Assembly: GCA_951406725.2 (NCBI GenBank)
Contig: OX597828.1
Location: 37,200,001-37,264,000, forward strand
DNA length: 64,000 bases
DNA from: Octopus vulgaris
Lineage: Eukaryota
Direction of reading: 5' to 3'
The first letter of the stretch is position 1, and each line of letters begins with the position of its first letter. Of the stretch, positions 1 through 11,526 are shown in pieces. The notes under the pieces were generated by a model. The model was not told the origin of the DNA. It saw only the letters and a program-made list of their open reading frames with translations, and did no database searches. The position numbers and the translations under genes were made by a program.

Positions 1-99
1 CGTGCAGTGCTAAATATTGGAGCAACACTCCATTATGTCCTTACTTGAGCCGTGTTGACTGTCAGACGGATTGTTTTCTTGCCTTAAAGCGAGACAAAA

Positions 100-600
100 A
101 GCCAATTTTGGAGAAGCAAAACGTTAGGAATGTTCCTTTGCTATGTTTGGTGATGTCTAACATTTGGAGCGACCGTGGGGGCTGTTGTATGCGCTTTAGC
201 AGTTGGAAGACACAAGATTGATACGACCATATTTGAAGATTCTTTCAGGGTTTCTATTTACGGAATCAGTGCCTATTTGGTTTGTGGTTTCTAGTCTAGA
301 TGAACGATGCATCTGTGGAGAAAATTCGAAAGAAATGAAAGATAGTATCAATTGTGTAACCCTGGGCGTTGTTAGACATGACAACAATGAGGTTATTGAA
401 GTGTAGAAGGAGGAGGGAAGGGAGTAGGGAACAAAGAGGAAGGCCAGAACGCACTGTGGCTGATAAAATGGGACACAGGAAGAGCTCTTTCAAATACACT
501 CTGCGATAGTGCAATCTGATAGGGAGCTACCGTTGAGAGATGGATGGAGCTTGTGGAGGAAATATTTCGATACGAGATTTGCATGTCAGTGACAGTCGAA
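100..600 (-). pseudogene. Degenerate Penelope-like element ORF remnant (RT thumb to Cys-rich linker before GIY-YIG)
   Basis: Minus-strand frameshifted pieces SQSVFERA..., TIFHFFRIFSTDAS, PERIFKYGRINLVSSN and PHGRSKC*TSPNI resemble the PLE linker pattern PxxxFKRxxNLxDxLVxS...PCxRxxCxTCP. Resemblance judged from memory; stops and frameshifts are present. Confidence 0.4.
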
Positions 601-1279
601 GGTTTTGCGGAAGTCTAATGCGCCAACATTACTTGCATAAAATACTTACATAAGATTTCTCTAGGGCGAAAGACCAATAGTAACATAGGAGAACCGATCT
701 TGTACGTAGATCTGGCCCTAAGGAACCTTACTGCTGATTGCATACCAAATATTTTACTCAGTTCTCTTTTATTCAGGACCACAAACATTAGGTGACATTC
801 TGCTCGCTCACCAATGTCACTAATCTATAACAAGTATTATCAGCAACATAACCTCACCAGTCTTTATCGTTTCCAAATTTTCAATCTCTTTCGCTTCCAT
901 GTAGCTTCTTCAGATCAAACCCATTGTAATTCTGATATAGGCTCAACACAACAAATCTTAACATAACGCGAATTAACATTGGCTCAAGGTCACAAATTTT
1001 AACATAGACACACAACCATAAACTCTAACATAAGCTCAAAAACACAAATTCGAGAACGGAATGTGAAAGAACGGTGAATGATGTTGACCTCAATTGACTT
1101 GTGACTGATTACTTAATATATCGATTCTAGACTAGTAAATCGGAATGTCGACCTCGCTGAGATTTAGATTGGAACTCAGATACGTAAATCGATATAAACA
1201 ATGTATTTGAGCCAGTGTTCTATCGATTGAGCTAATCCGACCAGTTAATACGGAAAGGATAGGATGGAATAATGGTTTT

Positions 1280-1672
1280 AAATTTTGCCACAAGAGTAGC
1301 CATACTGGCGGAGAGGATGTGTCGATTATATCCATCCCAGTGTTCAACTGGTACTTGAGATTTATCGATCCCGAAAGAATGAAAGGCAAAGTCAGCTTCG
1401 GAGGAATTTGAACTTAGAACATAAGCCACAGACAAAATACCTATTTCTTTATTACCCACAAGGGGCTATACATAGAGGGGACAAACAAGGACAGACAAAT
1501 GTATTAAGTAGATTACATCGACCCCAGTGCGTAGCTGGTACTTAATTTATCGACCCCGAAAAGATAAAAGGCAAAGTCGACCTCGGCGGAATTTGAACTC
1601 AGAACGTAGCGGCAGACAAAATACCGCTAAGTATTTTGCCCGGCGTGTTAACGATTCAGCCAGCTCACAACC
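1280..1672 (-). mobile_element. tRNA-derived SINE family A (Meta-like core), dimeric copy
   Basis: Minus strand shows head GAGCTGGCTGAATCGTTAAC, B-box GAGTTCAAATTCC and core GACTTTGCCTTTTATCTTTTCGGGGTCGATAAATTAAGTACCAG. The B-box-core segment occurs twice. Confidence 0.85.
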
Positions 1673-3096
1673 TTGAAAGGGTGAAATAATAAAAATCCCT
1701 CACAAAACAAAACAAAAAGAATTCAAATTATTCACCAGTAAACTATCAGCCGCAATAAGAACGATGATTCGTTTACTCTCGGTGTGTTTGGTTAAAAATG
1801 TTTGTTAAAAAAACAACAACCGAACAAACAGATATTTCTTGCCTTGTTTTAATCTCAGCTGCTATTGCTTTTATGATAATTTTAAGAGGAGGGGCGGAGG
1901 AGGTGATGATAAGCGAGATTTAGCAGCTTCGGTAACAAGTCACTAACTGCTAAAAGTCGTTCTAAAGCTCTGGGATTATCTTAAAATTTTTTTTTCGCAA
2001 ATCATGGCATGAATAAAATATCGGCAGTCATTAAGGATTAAATATAAAATGGTGGGGTGGGGGGGCATATTGAAATACAAAAAAAACAAAAAAAACAAAA
2101 AACAAACGAACAACTTAAAAAATATAAAACAGCAAAGTACCGAACCATTCCACTCCATATCAAACTAAACCTAATTGAAGCGACCAATCTCAGTCAAATG
2201 AAAATCGAGTTAAACAAACTAACATAAAAAAAAAACAAAAAAGAAAGAAAAAAAATAGAAACGAAAATGGCAAAGAGGAAACAAAAATTTGCTGAAGTCA
2301 ACTCATTGTCGATATGAAGTGATAATTCCTAAGAGATGCCAGACAGTTAGATTCCGCATATCCTAAATCAAGTCAGTTCTATGAATTATTTAAAAGGCTT
2401 TCAACAGAATCTTTACTAATTCAAGGATGTTGTAAATATCAGTAAAAATATTTTTGATTTTTTAATATTTCCATGTCAAAACTGAGAATAAAACCTGATG
2501 TGATATCAAATGTATTTGCTTTGTATCTCATAATTTACTCTATTTTTGCATTGTCTATTTATTTTTAATTTTAATTTTCATTTATCCATTATTTTTCTAT
2601 TTATTATTTATTATTATTATTATTATTTTTCTATTCTGTACCCCCAATTAAATCAAAAATACCAACAAAATGACATGACATCCTGGAGAAGAAACAATAT
2701 TTGAAATAAATTAGAATTTTAGAATTAGAAATTAAGATAATTACAATTATGACGTTGATAAATTCAATGGGGATATCTCAAATTTAAATTGATTAACTCA
2801 TTAATATTCATGAAATGTTTTTGTTTTTTATAAAAACAAACCTGATTACGTGTATAAAATTTTGCTTCATTATATTATCCTTTCAAGCGGTAATAATGGC
2901 CACGGCCGGATGAAGCAAGGAAAAAAAGATACACATTGAGAAATTTGAGCAAGGTCATCAAAAGTAGAATCACTTAAGCCAACGAGGGGGCTTCTAACCA
3001 ACCACGGAATCTGTTATAAATAGCTCAAAGGCAATCTTGAAGCTACATATTACAGACTACATATTGTGCATTGTGGTCTTAGATAAAAAAAAATGT

Positions 3097-3385
3097 GCCT
3101 GGCTGTGTGGTAAGAAACTTGCTTCCCAACCATAAGGTTGCGGTTTCAGTCCCACTGCGTGGCACCTTGGGCAAGTGTCTTCTGTAGCCTCGGGCCGATT
3201 AAAGCCTTGTGAGTGGATTTGGTAGACGAAGACTGAAAGAAGCCCGTCGTAAATATATATATATATATTTGTTTATCTGTGTTTGTCCCCACCACCATCG
3301 CTTGGCAACCGATGTTGTGGTGTTTACGTCCACTTAACTAAGCGGTTCGGTAAAAGACCACCGATAGAATAAGTACTAGGCATAC
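3097..3385 (+). mobile_element. tRNA-derived SINE family B (CORE-like, octopus OR/OK-type)
   Basis: GGCTGTGTGGTAAG head, GGCACCTTGGGCAAGTGTCT CORE-like block, internal (TA)n, 3' part ...CGGTTCGG...GATAGAATAAGTACTAGGC; many copies in the window. Confidence 0.85.
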
Positions 3386-3784
3386 AGTCAATTAAAGGCC
3401 GTATATCTGCTACATGAATGGGGAACTTTGTCTCACTACAGTAAGGCGTTCTGTCTCTGTCGCTATCTTACTAAGATAATGCTTTTTGTGACTAATGGTT
3501 TCTTTTGACTCTTATTTCTAGCAATGCTGATACTACTTTGTATTCTTGTCACTTTTGTGACGTTCATAAATTTGACTTTAGGTTTTAAATTGCTAAGACT
3601 TCAAGATTTTTCATTCTCTCTCTGTTTAATATTCTCTTATTCCTTTCTGTTGAAAAGCGTGGCTCGAAACTTAAAATACTTTTTCAATTTTCCCGAGCGT
3701 CAAACTAATACACTTACTTGTTGTTATTACACCTGTCTTCGTCTTTTGTTTTTCTATAAATTTCAGCTATGTATAATATATATA

Positions 3785-4111
3785 GGGGCACTCCGTCGGT
3801 TACAACGACGACGAGGGGCCCAGCTGACTCGATCAACGGAACAGCTTGCTCGTGAAATTAACGTGCAAGTGGCTGAGCACTCCACAGACACGTGTACTCT
3901 TAAGGTAGTCCTCAGGAAGATTCAGCGTAACACAGAGTATGACAAGGCTTTCCTTTTTTGAAATACAGGTACTAATCATTTTTGCCAGCTGAGTGGACTG
4001 GAGCAACGTAAAATAAAGTGTCTTGCTCAAGGACACAATGCGTCGCCGGGAATCGAACTCACAATCTTACGATCATGATCCGAATGCCCTAACCAATAAG
4101 CCACGCGCCCT
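3785..4111 (-). mobile_element. tRNA-derived SINE family C (V-domain-like)
   Basis: Minus strand GGCGCGTGGCTTATTGGTTAGGG head, GAGTTCGATTCC B-box and GTGTCCTTGAGCAAGACACTT...TGCTCCAGTCCACTCAGCTG; homologous to 63631-63870 and 29890-30060. Confidence 0.8.
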
Positions 4112-4757
4112 CACACACACTCACACACACACACATATATATACGCATATATATATATATATATATACAATTATACAATTAATTGGAATTTCGGTGCATT
4201 AACACGTAGGACGACAGAAATAACAAGGTACAATTACATAAGATTGACAGTGAAATAAAACAACAACGAAGATATCGAATGCTGGTAGGATAATGCAGAC
4301 ATATAAATACCAAATCTAGCTTGGTTCTAGGTGAAGCGTAAATGCAAAAAGAGAACACAAATGGTGTTTAAAAGTTACGACAGTTCTATGGGTAGATTTT
4401 ATTGACGCATTCATCGATTGAAACCTAGCATATTATACACCGTCTTCGGATAAAACTTTAACTAGGTAAGATATTAAGAAGGTAAGACAGTACATCGATC
4501 GTGTCGAATCCAAGCAACATTGTTAAATAAACGGCATTTTGAAGAATAACATTCAAATTTATAAGGAAATTAGGAGTGGCTTTAATTGGCAAGTGAGAAG
4601 CGAAGAGATGAAACGACTATAATGTTTCAAGTTACTTATCTAAATGAGATTATAGCTAATATTGGTTTTTGAGAACTTCCAGGAATCAAAGATATTTTGT
4701 AGCTATGGGTTGACTATAAAGTCATTAAAGCCAAGCAGATATCGTGTCTGTTAAGTG

Positions 4758-4789
<32 letters not shown>

Positions 4790-4792
<3 letters not shown>

Positions 4793-4895
4793 AATACTAA
4801 ATTTCTAAATCTCTCGTAGAGACATGTACGGTGGTGGGGCAATAGAATGGTTGTATACTGTCAATCTAACACGAACGTGACAGTAGGGGGGCACA
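4790..4895. mobile_element. Short repeat fragment between (TA)n tracts, same family as 21599-21824
   Basis: Near identical to 21599-21702 (ATTTCTAAATCTCTCGTAGAGA...GTGACAGTAGGGGG). Confidence 0.8.
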
Positions 4896-4898
4896 ACC

Positions 4899-4936
<38 letters not shown>

Positions 4937-4964
4937 GAGAAAGAAGCAACAAGAATGGATTAGT

Positions 4965-5055
4965 TTTTAGTACAATTGTTTCATACAAAGACAGGCTTTA
5001 TTACAAGTTGCAAAAATTGCAGCAGATAAAAGTGTCCTGTACTCATCAGCTAAAA
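4965..5055 (-). ncRNA. Type I hammerhead ribozyme (minimal, PLE/retrozyme type)
   Basis: Minus strand UUUUAG-CUGAUGA-GUACA...UGUAU-GAAA-CAAUUG-UA^-CUAAAA: 6-bp helix I, helix II GUACA/UGUAU, palindromic helix III ACAAUUGU. Confidence 0.8.
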
Positions 5056-5168
5056 TACATATGAGTTCTCCAAACATCTTAGTGGGTGAGGTTATACTCA
5101 TGAAATATTGGAGATAATTTCATTAAAGGCAGATATAGGTTGCAAACAGATTTCCAAAGTTCCTTAAT

Positions 5169-5371
5169 GATGATGGACAGTCTTATCACAGATTCTTAAA
5201 AGCTTATTAGTTCCAAAGAGAAGATGAATTAATCCGTAGTGTAGATTTAAATTTCCAGAGATATGAGGAGGATGGTGCACAGACTTATCACAGGTTTTTA
5301 AAAGCTTATTAGCTTCACAGAAAAGGTGAATTAATCCGTAGTGAAGATTTAAATTTCCAGCGATATGAGGA
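5169..5371. repeat. Diverged 102-bp tandem duplication
   Basis: TTATCACAG...AAAAGCTTATTAG...GAATTAATCCGTAGTG...ATTTAAATTTCCAG at 5183 and 5285. Confidence 0.85.
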
Positions 5372-5692
5372 ATTTCATACTCACAGACGATGAATTTAAC
5401 CATTGTTAATCCACAATCATTTCATGCTATACGATAAGGTACATTACTGCTCTCCATGCAAAACTGCTATGTTAAGATTTCTAAAGGCTGAAGGAATTTA
5501 TTTGTGGAGCAAAGAAAATAAAGAAAAAGGAAAGAGACAAGGAAAAAAGAAAAAGAAAAGGGAGAAGAAGAAGAAAGGAGGAAAAGAAAAAGAAAAAAGA
5601 AAAAGAAAAAAGAAAAAATAAAGAGAAACGGGGGAGAAGTATATTTTCGGGACATACTGGCGTTATGAGTGGGAATGAGTTTTTGTCTATGG

Positions 5693-5727
<35 letters not shown>

Positions 5728-5729
<2 letters not shown>

Positions 5730-5957
5730 GTAATCTCACGCCATATCACGGTTTCCCTATCGCGGTTTATTATTTAAGCTCCCGTCGATTCCTCCGTGGT
5801 GCTGTTTTGCATTTATAATAAAATAAATATATAAAAATGATGATAATAATAATAAAATACCCAATGCAATACTGTTTCTACTTAGCGGATTTTTATCTAT
5901 CACGGGGGTGGGGTGGATGTTTGGAACGTAACACTCACGACAGTTGAGAGATCACTG
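5728..5957. mobile_element. pogo/Tigger-like MITE
   Basis: Imperfect TIRs (T/C)AGTAATCTCACG... and ...TGAGAGATCACTG followed by TA; subterminal TATCRCGG motifs. Confidence 0.6.
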
Positions 5958-5958
5958 T

Positions 5959-6016
<58 letters not shown>

Positions 6017-6187
6017 CAGTGTACATTTAAACACATAAGGACTCCACTCATGGGATTCAACCCGCTAGAAAGAACAGCTAGGTTCTATAACCATAAAATT
6101 AGGGATAAAATTCGACAGGAACGAAATGAAAAAATAAAAACATTTTACCATCTAATTTCCTGGACCAATTGGTTTCTGATTTTAGTT

Positions 6188-6470
6188 TAGCAAGTAAATA
6201 ACTTTTACTCTCGAAGTGAAATCGTTTTCAACAGGTACACCTTAGATTAAATATATAAACACAAGGCGATCAACTGCGTGCCTCATGTATATACATCCTA
6301 ATTTTTTCAAAATGTACTGCGCAGACGCAGTCCTTCGCCGGCAATAAAAAATGCCAACTTCTAAAACCGAAAATTATCCAAAAAACGATCGCCTCGTGTA
6401 CATATATTTAATCTAAGGTGTACTTGTTGAAAACGATTTCACTTCACGAGTAAAAGTTATTTACTTGCTA
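6188..6470. repeat. Inverted repeat, 84-bp arms (6188-6271 / 6387-6470)
   Basis: TAGCAAGTAAATAACTTTTACTC...AGGCGATC versus GATCGCCT...GAGTAAAAGTTATTTACTTGCTA; 115-bp spacer. Confidence 0.9.
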
Positions 6471-6502
6471 TATATATATATATATATATTCTATGCAGCT
6501 CG

Positions 6503-6565
6503 GAATTTTGCCAGTGAACAGGTCGCGGTCTCTAAGCGACGAAAATATTTCGACAAATTAAATTC
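6503..6565 (+). ncRNA. Candidate variant hammerhead (G3-C8 core)
   Basis: UUUGCCA-GUGAACA-G-GUCGC(loop)GCGAC-GAAA-AUAUUU-CGACAAA: 5-bp helix II, palindromic AAAUAUUU, imperfect helix I. Confidence 0.45.
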
Positions 6566-6695
6566 AAATGTTGAAGTGAATCTAACAGTTTTCTGTTTCT
6601 GAATGGCTTATAAACACCTTCTACGCTGTAGTTGTTTTTGTTTCAGCACACGATCTCAGATCAGGTCACTTGCTATGCAAGTGCATCTCCGTAAT

Positions 6696-6771
<76 letters not shown>

Positions 6772-7809
6772 GCGCGCGCAAGTGTGTCTGTGAGTGGATA
6801 AGACGCTTCGTACAGGACAAAGGAGTGAAATGAAATTTAGAGCTAAATGGTTACAAACCGATCTTATTCAACAAGCAACCGTCAGCAGTGAGAGTGTTGA
6901 GTAAAAAAAAAATGTTGCCCAAAGAGAGAGTATCAAAAGACTTAGCACCTTAGCTGTGTCGATCGTCTCAGTCGATCACCCTGTTCTAAATAATTAAAAC
7001 GTAACGAAACGAAGCAAAGACTAATTTCCCAGGTATTCAGCAAATGGACCTCTGACAAAAAAATAAAAATAAAATAAAACAAGGAAAACAAAACAAAAAA
7101 ACAACAACAAAACCTGGTATAACTTAGTCGAATCAACTGGGAAATATGTAATTAATTGTGTTATGGTTAGGTGACCGTCGTTCTGGTAGGACCTAATTAG
7201 TTTCTGGTTCCCTTTAAAGAACTGATTATTAAAAACACAGAGGTAACGTGAATTTATTAAATGCAAAATGCTAATGGAAATGGAACCAACAAATACAAAA
7301 ACAAGACAAAATTAAGGTTATCTGTATTCATTATAAATTCTAATTTATTTATTTCGCCCTTAGAAAAAGCAAAATAACAAAAACAAAAAAAGAAAGAAAC
7401 AAAAGCGAATTATTTGCTGAGGATAACACGCAAAACAATTAGAATGATCTCGAGTTTTCTTATTTTCTACTTTTTTTTAACCTTTTGCATACACATTATC
7501 CCTAAACGATCATAAGTAGTTCAAAACCCGAACATATTTTTTCCAGGTTTAGTGTATCACAAACCACATTATTGAATAAAACAGTAGGCTATGAGTTAAT
7601 GGAGATTTTGCCTGTTACATCTAGCACGTCGAGCAATTACAAAGGATAATGTTGTCGCGAGATAGATTCAGTACTCTTCCTCTTGCTGTTGGTGATGTTG
7701 TCGTGGTTTAGTCCAATTCTTTATTAGTCTTCATCAAAGAGATGTTTCACCTCAGACGTTTTAAATGCTACTGTTTCTTCCTTTTCCCGAAACAAAGTTT
7801 ATCTAGGGC

Positions 7810-9052
7810 TACACGAAGAAAAGTCTGTCATCATCCAGGAAAGTGCTGAAGGCACCTCTCTTCATGTTATGCATAGTAGTTAGGTCGTCATTTGGACATG
7901 GTTAGACGATATCTGAAAGAAACGATTCGATTGTGGGACCTCCAAACTGTGACAGCTAGGGATTTCAGGAATATTGGCTGCAGGCTACGTGGGAAATCTG
8001 GACAACCAAGCAAAGCCATTATCATCGCTTCTGGACTTCCTCATGTACCGAAAGCGACCAGACATCGCATCCTCAGGACCATGGCTTCCGCGCAAGAACC
8101 CCTGAAAATGCCTTCTTTAACACAGGAGTTTGAGACTTCAATGGGTCCAAAAGTACATGGCGTTAGACATGAGTTGTTTTCTGTTCACTGACGAAACCAG
8201 GGCGACTCTTCACAGACCTGACGGTTGGGCAAATGGTTGGGCCTATTTTGAAGATACGCGTCAATAATGTTTACGACGTCAACAACAGGGTGGAGGTGCC
8301 ATGTTGTAGGCTGGTATCATTGGGGACAGACTTGATGGCCCAGTCAGGATGTCTAAAGGTGTTAAAGTGACCGCGGTGGCCTACTGTAATCTCCTGAAGG
8401 AGGTCTTGGATCCCTGGCCAGATGACATACCGCTGTCACCTCTAAGGAATCTCGTATTCATGCATGAGAGCACTCCCTTCCCATTCTGCTAGGACCACCC
8501 AAACATTACAAGGGTCTTACGGCATACAAGGCGAAAGGTTGGCGGTGTGGCCACCAGCATCTCCGGATCTCAACCCAATCGAAAATCTTTGGTCCATCAT
8601 TAAACAAGATGTTTATGCCGATGGACGCCAGTTTACCTCGAAAGATGTCTCATGGGTTATCATGAAAGCTGCAGCAGAGGCAGTCTAACCTGCTACTATT
8701 AAGATATTCACAGATTCCATGACTAATTGGGTTTTTTGAAGTTAACCGTTAAAATGGCGCTCATGTGGTTAAATAATTATTTATGTCAATAAATGTTATA
8801 TTATTATGCTTTTCTGTTAAATATATACTCAACGTATGCTTTATATGTATCACTACACTTCACTTTCTGAAAAAAATGTGTACCTGGGCTATTTTCATTC
8901 AAAAGTCATTACCGTGGTACACCCCAAAACTGAAGATAACAATGGTGTTGCCATATTGTGCAAACCAGCTGGGAAAAGTTTTATCAAAATCGATTCACAG
9001 AAAAGCGACAAGTCCTAAATTTCACTCCTAAGCTATTAGCATAGTTCTGGGT
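7810..9052 (+). mobile_element. Decayed Tc1/mariner transposon, DD37E (TRT-like) transposase pseudogene
   Basis: LFTDETRATL..PDGW (about 8180-8230), FMH(D>E) (about 8460) and WPPASPDLNPIENLWSIIK (about 8548-8605). 37 residues lie between the second and third acidic positions after correcting one frameshift; multiple stops. Right boundary approximate. Confidence 0.85.
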
Positions 9053-9059
9053 GTATATA

Positions 9060-9277
9060 TATTCTTTGATTCTTTTATTAATTTTAGTCATTTTGACTGT
9101 GGCCATGCTGGAGCACCGCCATTTAGTCGAAGAAATTGCCCCCCTGGTCTTATTCTTTGTAAGCCTGGTACTTATTCTGTCGGTCACTTTTGCCGAACTG
9201 TTACGTTACGGGGGCGTAAACATCGTTTGTTAAGTGATGGTGGGGGGACGAACACATGCACAAACATACAAATAAAC

Positions 9278-9314
<37 letters not shown>

Positions 9315-9498
9315 TACACACACACACATACACACACATATATATATACAATGGGTTTCTTTCAGTTTCCGTCTACCAAATCCATTCACAAGGCTTTGGT
9401 TGGCCTGAGGCTACAGTACTAGACATTTGCCCAAGGTGCCACGCAGTTGAACTGTGGTCGGGAAGCAAGCTTCTTACCACGCAGCCACGACTGTGCCT
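9060..9498 (-). mobile_element. SINE family B, near full length
   Basis: Reverse complement of the family B head, CORE-like block and GGCGGTGCTCCAGCATGGCC tail. Confidence 0.85.
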
Positions 9499-9516
9499 AT
9501 ATATATATATACATAC

Positions 9517-9584
<68 letters not shown>

Positions 9585-9853
9585 TTAATAAGGGTGAGAG
9601 AATTAGATACTAATTTAATAGTATATTTATTCAACACCAAGTGGCCTAGTGCTCCGAGAAACCTGGATTATTATAATATTTTATAACATATTATAATATT
9701 TTTACAAAATAAATATAAGAGAGTGGTCACTATATTGCTCACTCTAGCACCAGTTAATCCAAAAGGTTTCAACCACGAAAATACATGTTTCCCATGAAAG
9801 TCAGTACGATTGTTAGCTCACACGGACAGGGCAAATAAAAAATAACAAAAATA

Positions 9854-9950
9854 CAGATTATTTTGGGACAATTGTTTCGCTATTAATGAATTAAATGTAA
9901 TTTTACTTACAAAAAAAATCCATTTGTAGCTCGTCAGCCAAAACTATCTG
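9854..9950 (-). ncRNA. Type I hammerhead ribozyme, 536-bp unit (also 10390-10486 and 10926-11022)
   Basis: Reverse complement of the motif at 11430-11526. The third copy has C>G at 11002, which breaks the G10.1-C11.1 pair. Confidence 0.85.
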
Positions 9951-11429
9951 GATGAAATCCACTCAATCACACGCCAGATTTTACCATAACGATAAATACG
10001 CGTGTGGTTCAATTGATTACATCCGACGTTATAATTCAAATGCCCCAACCAACAGCGCGCCAAACTTTCACGGAAAACAAATACAGCATTTAGAAATAAA
10101 TGCAGCATAATTATAATTAATTAATAAGGGTGAGAGAATTAGATACTAATTTAATAGTATATTTATTCAACACCAAGTGGCCTAGTGCTCCGAGAAACCT
10201 GGATTATTATAATATTTTATAACATATTATAATATTTTTACAAAATAAATATAAGAGAGTGGTCACTATATTGCTCACTCTAGCACCAGTTAATCCAAAA
10301 GGTTTCAACCACGAAAATACATGTTTCCCATGAAAGTCAGTACGATTGTTAGCTCACACGGACAGGGCAAATAAAAAATAACAAAAATACAGATTATTTT
10401 GGGACAATTGTTTCGCTATTAATGAATTAAATGTAATTTTACTTACAAAAAAAATCCATTTGTAGCTCGTCAGCCAAAACTATCTGGATGAAATCCACTC
10501 AATCACACGCCAGATTTTACCATAACGATAAATACGCGTGTGGTTCAATTGATTACATCCGACGTTATAATTCAAATGCCCCAACCAACAGCGCGCCAAA
10601 CTTTCACGGAAAACAAATACAGCATTTAGAAATAAATGCAGCATAATTATAATTAATTAATAAGGGTGAGAGAATTAGATACTAATTTAATAGTATATTT
10701 ATTCAACACCAAGTGGCCTAGTGCTCCGAGAAACCTGGATTATTATAATATTTTATAACATATTATAATATTTTTACAAAATAAATATAAGAGAGTGGTC
10801 ACTATATTGCTCACTCTAGCACCAGTTAATCCAAAAGGTTTCAACCACGAAAATACATGTTTCCCATGAAAGTCAGTACGATTGTTAGCTCACACGGACA
10901 GGGCAAATAAAAAATAACAAAAATACAGATTATTTTGGGACAATTGTTTCGCTATTAATGAATTAAATGTAATTTTACTTACAAAAAAAATCCATTTGTA
11001 GGTCGTCAGCCAAAACTATCTGGATGAAATCCACTCAATCACACGCCAGATTTTACCATAACGATTCGTGGTTGAAACCTTTTGGATTAACTGGTGCTAG
11101 AGTGAGCAATATAGTGACCACTCTCTTATATTTATTTTGTAAAAATATTATAATATGTTATAAAATATTATAATAATCCAGGTTTCTCGGAGCACTAGGC
11201 CACTTGGTGTTGAATAAATATACTATTAAATTAGTATCTAATTCTCTCACCCTTATTAATTAATTATAATTATGCTGCATTTATTTCTAAATGCTGTATT
11301 TGTTTTCCGTGAAAGTTTGGCGCGCTGTTGGTTGGGGCATTTGAATTATAACGTCGGATGTAATCAATTGAACCACACGCGTATTTATCGTTATGGTAAA
11401 ATCTGGCGTGTGATTGAGTGGATTTCATC

Positions 11430-11526
11430 CAGATAGTTTTGGCTGACGAGCTACAAATGGATTTTTTTTGTAAGTAAAATTACATTTAATTCATTAATAG
11501 CGAAACAATTGTCCCAAAATAATCTG
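11430..11526 (+). ncRNA. Type I hammerhead ribozyme, 536-bp unit (also 11966-12061, 12482-12578 and 13018-13114)
   Basis: CAGAUAGUUUUGG-CUGACGA-GCUA...UAGC-GAAA-CAAUUG-UC^-CCAAAAUAAUCUG: full canonical core, helix I UUUUGG/CCAAAA extended by CAGAU/AUCUG, palindromic helix III. Predicted cleavage after C11513. Confidence 0.88.
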
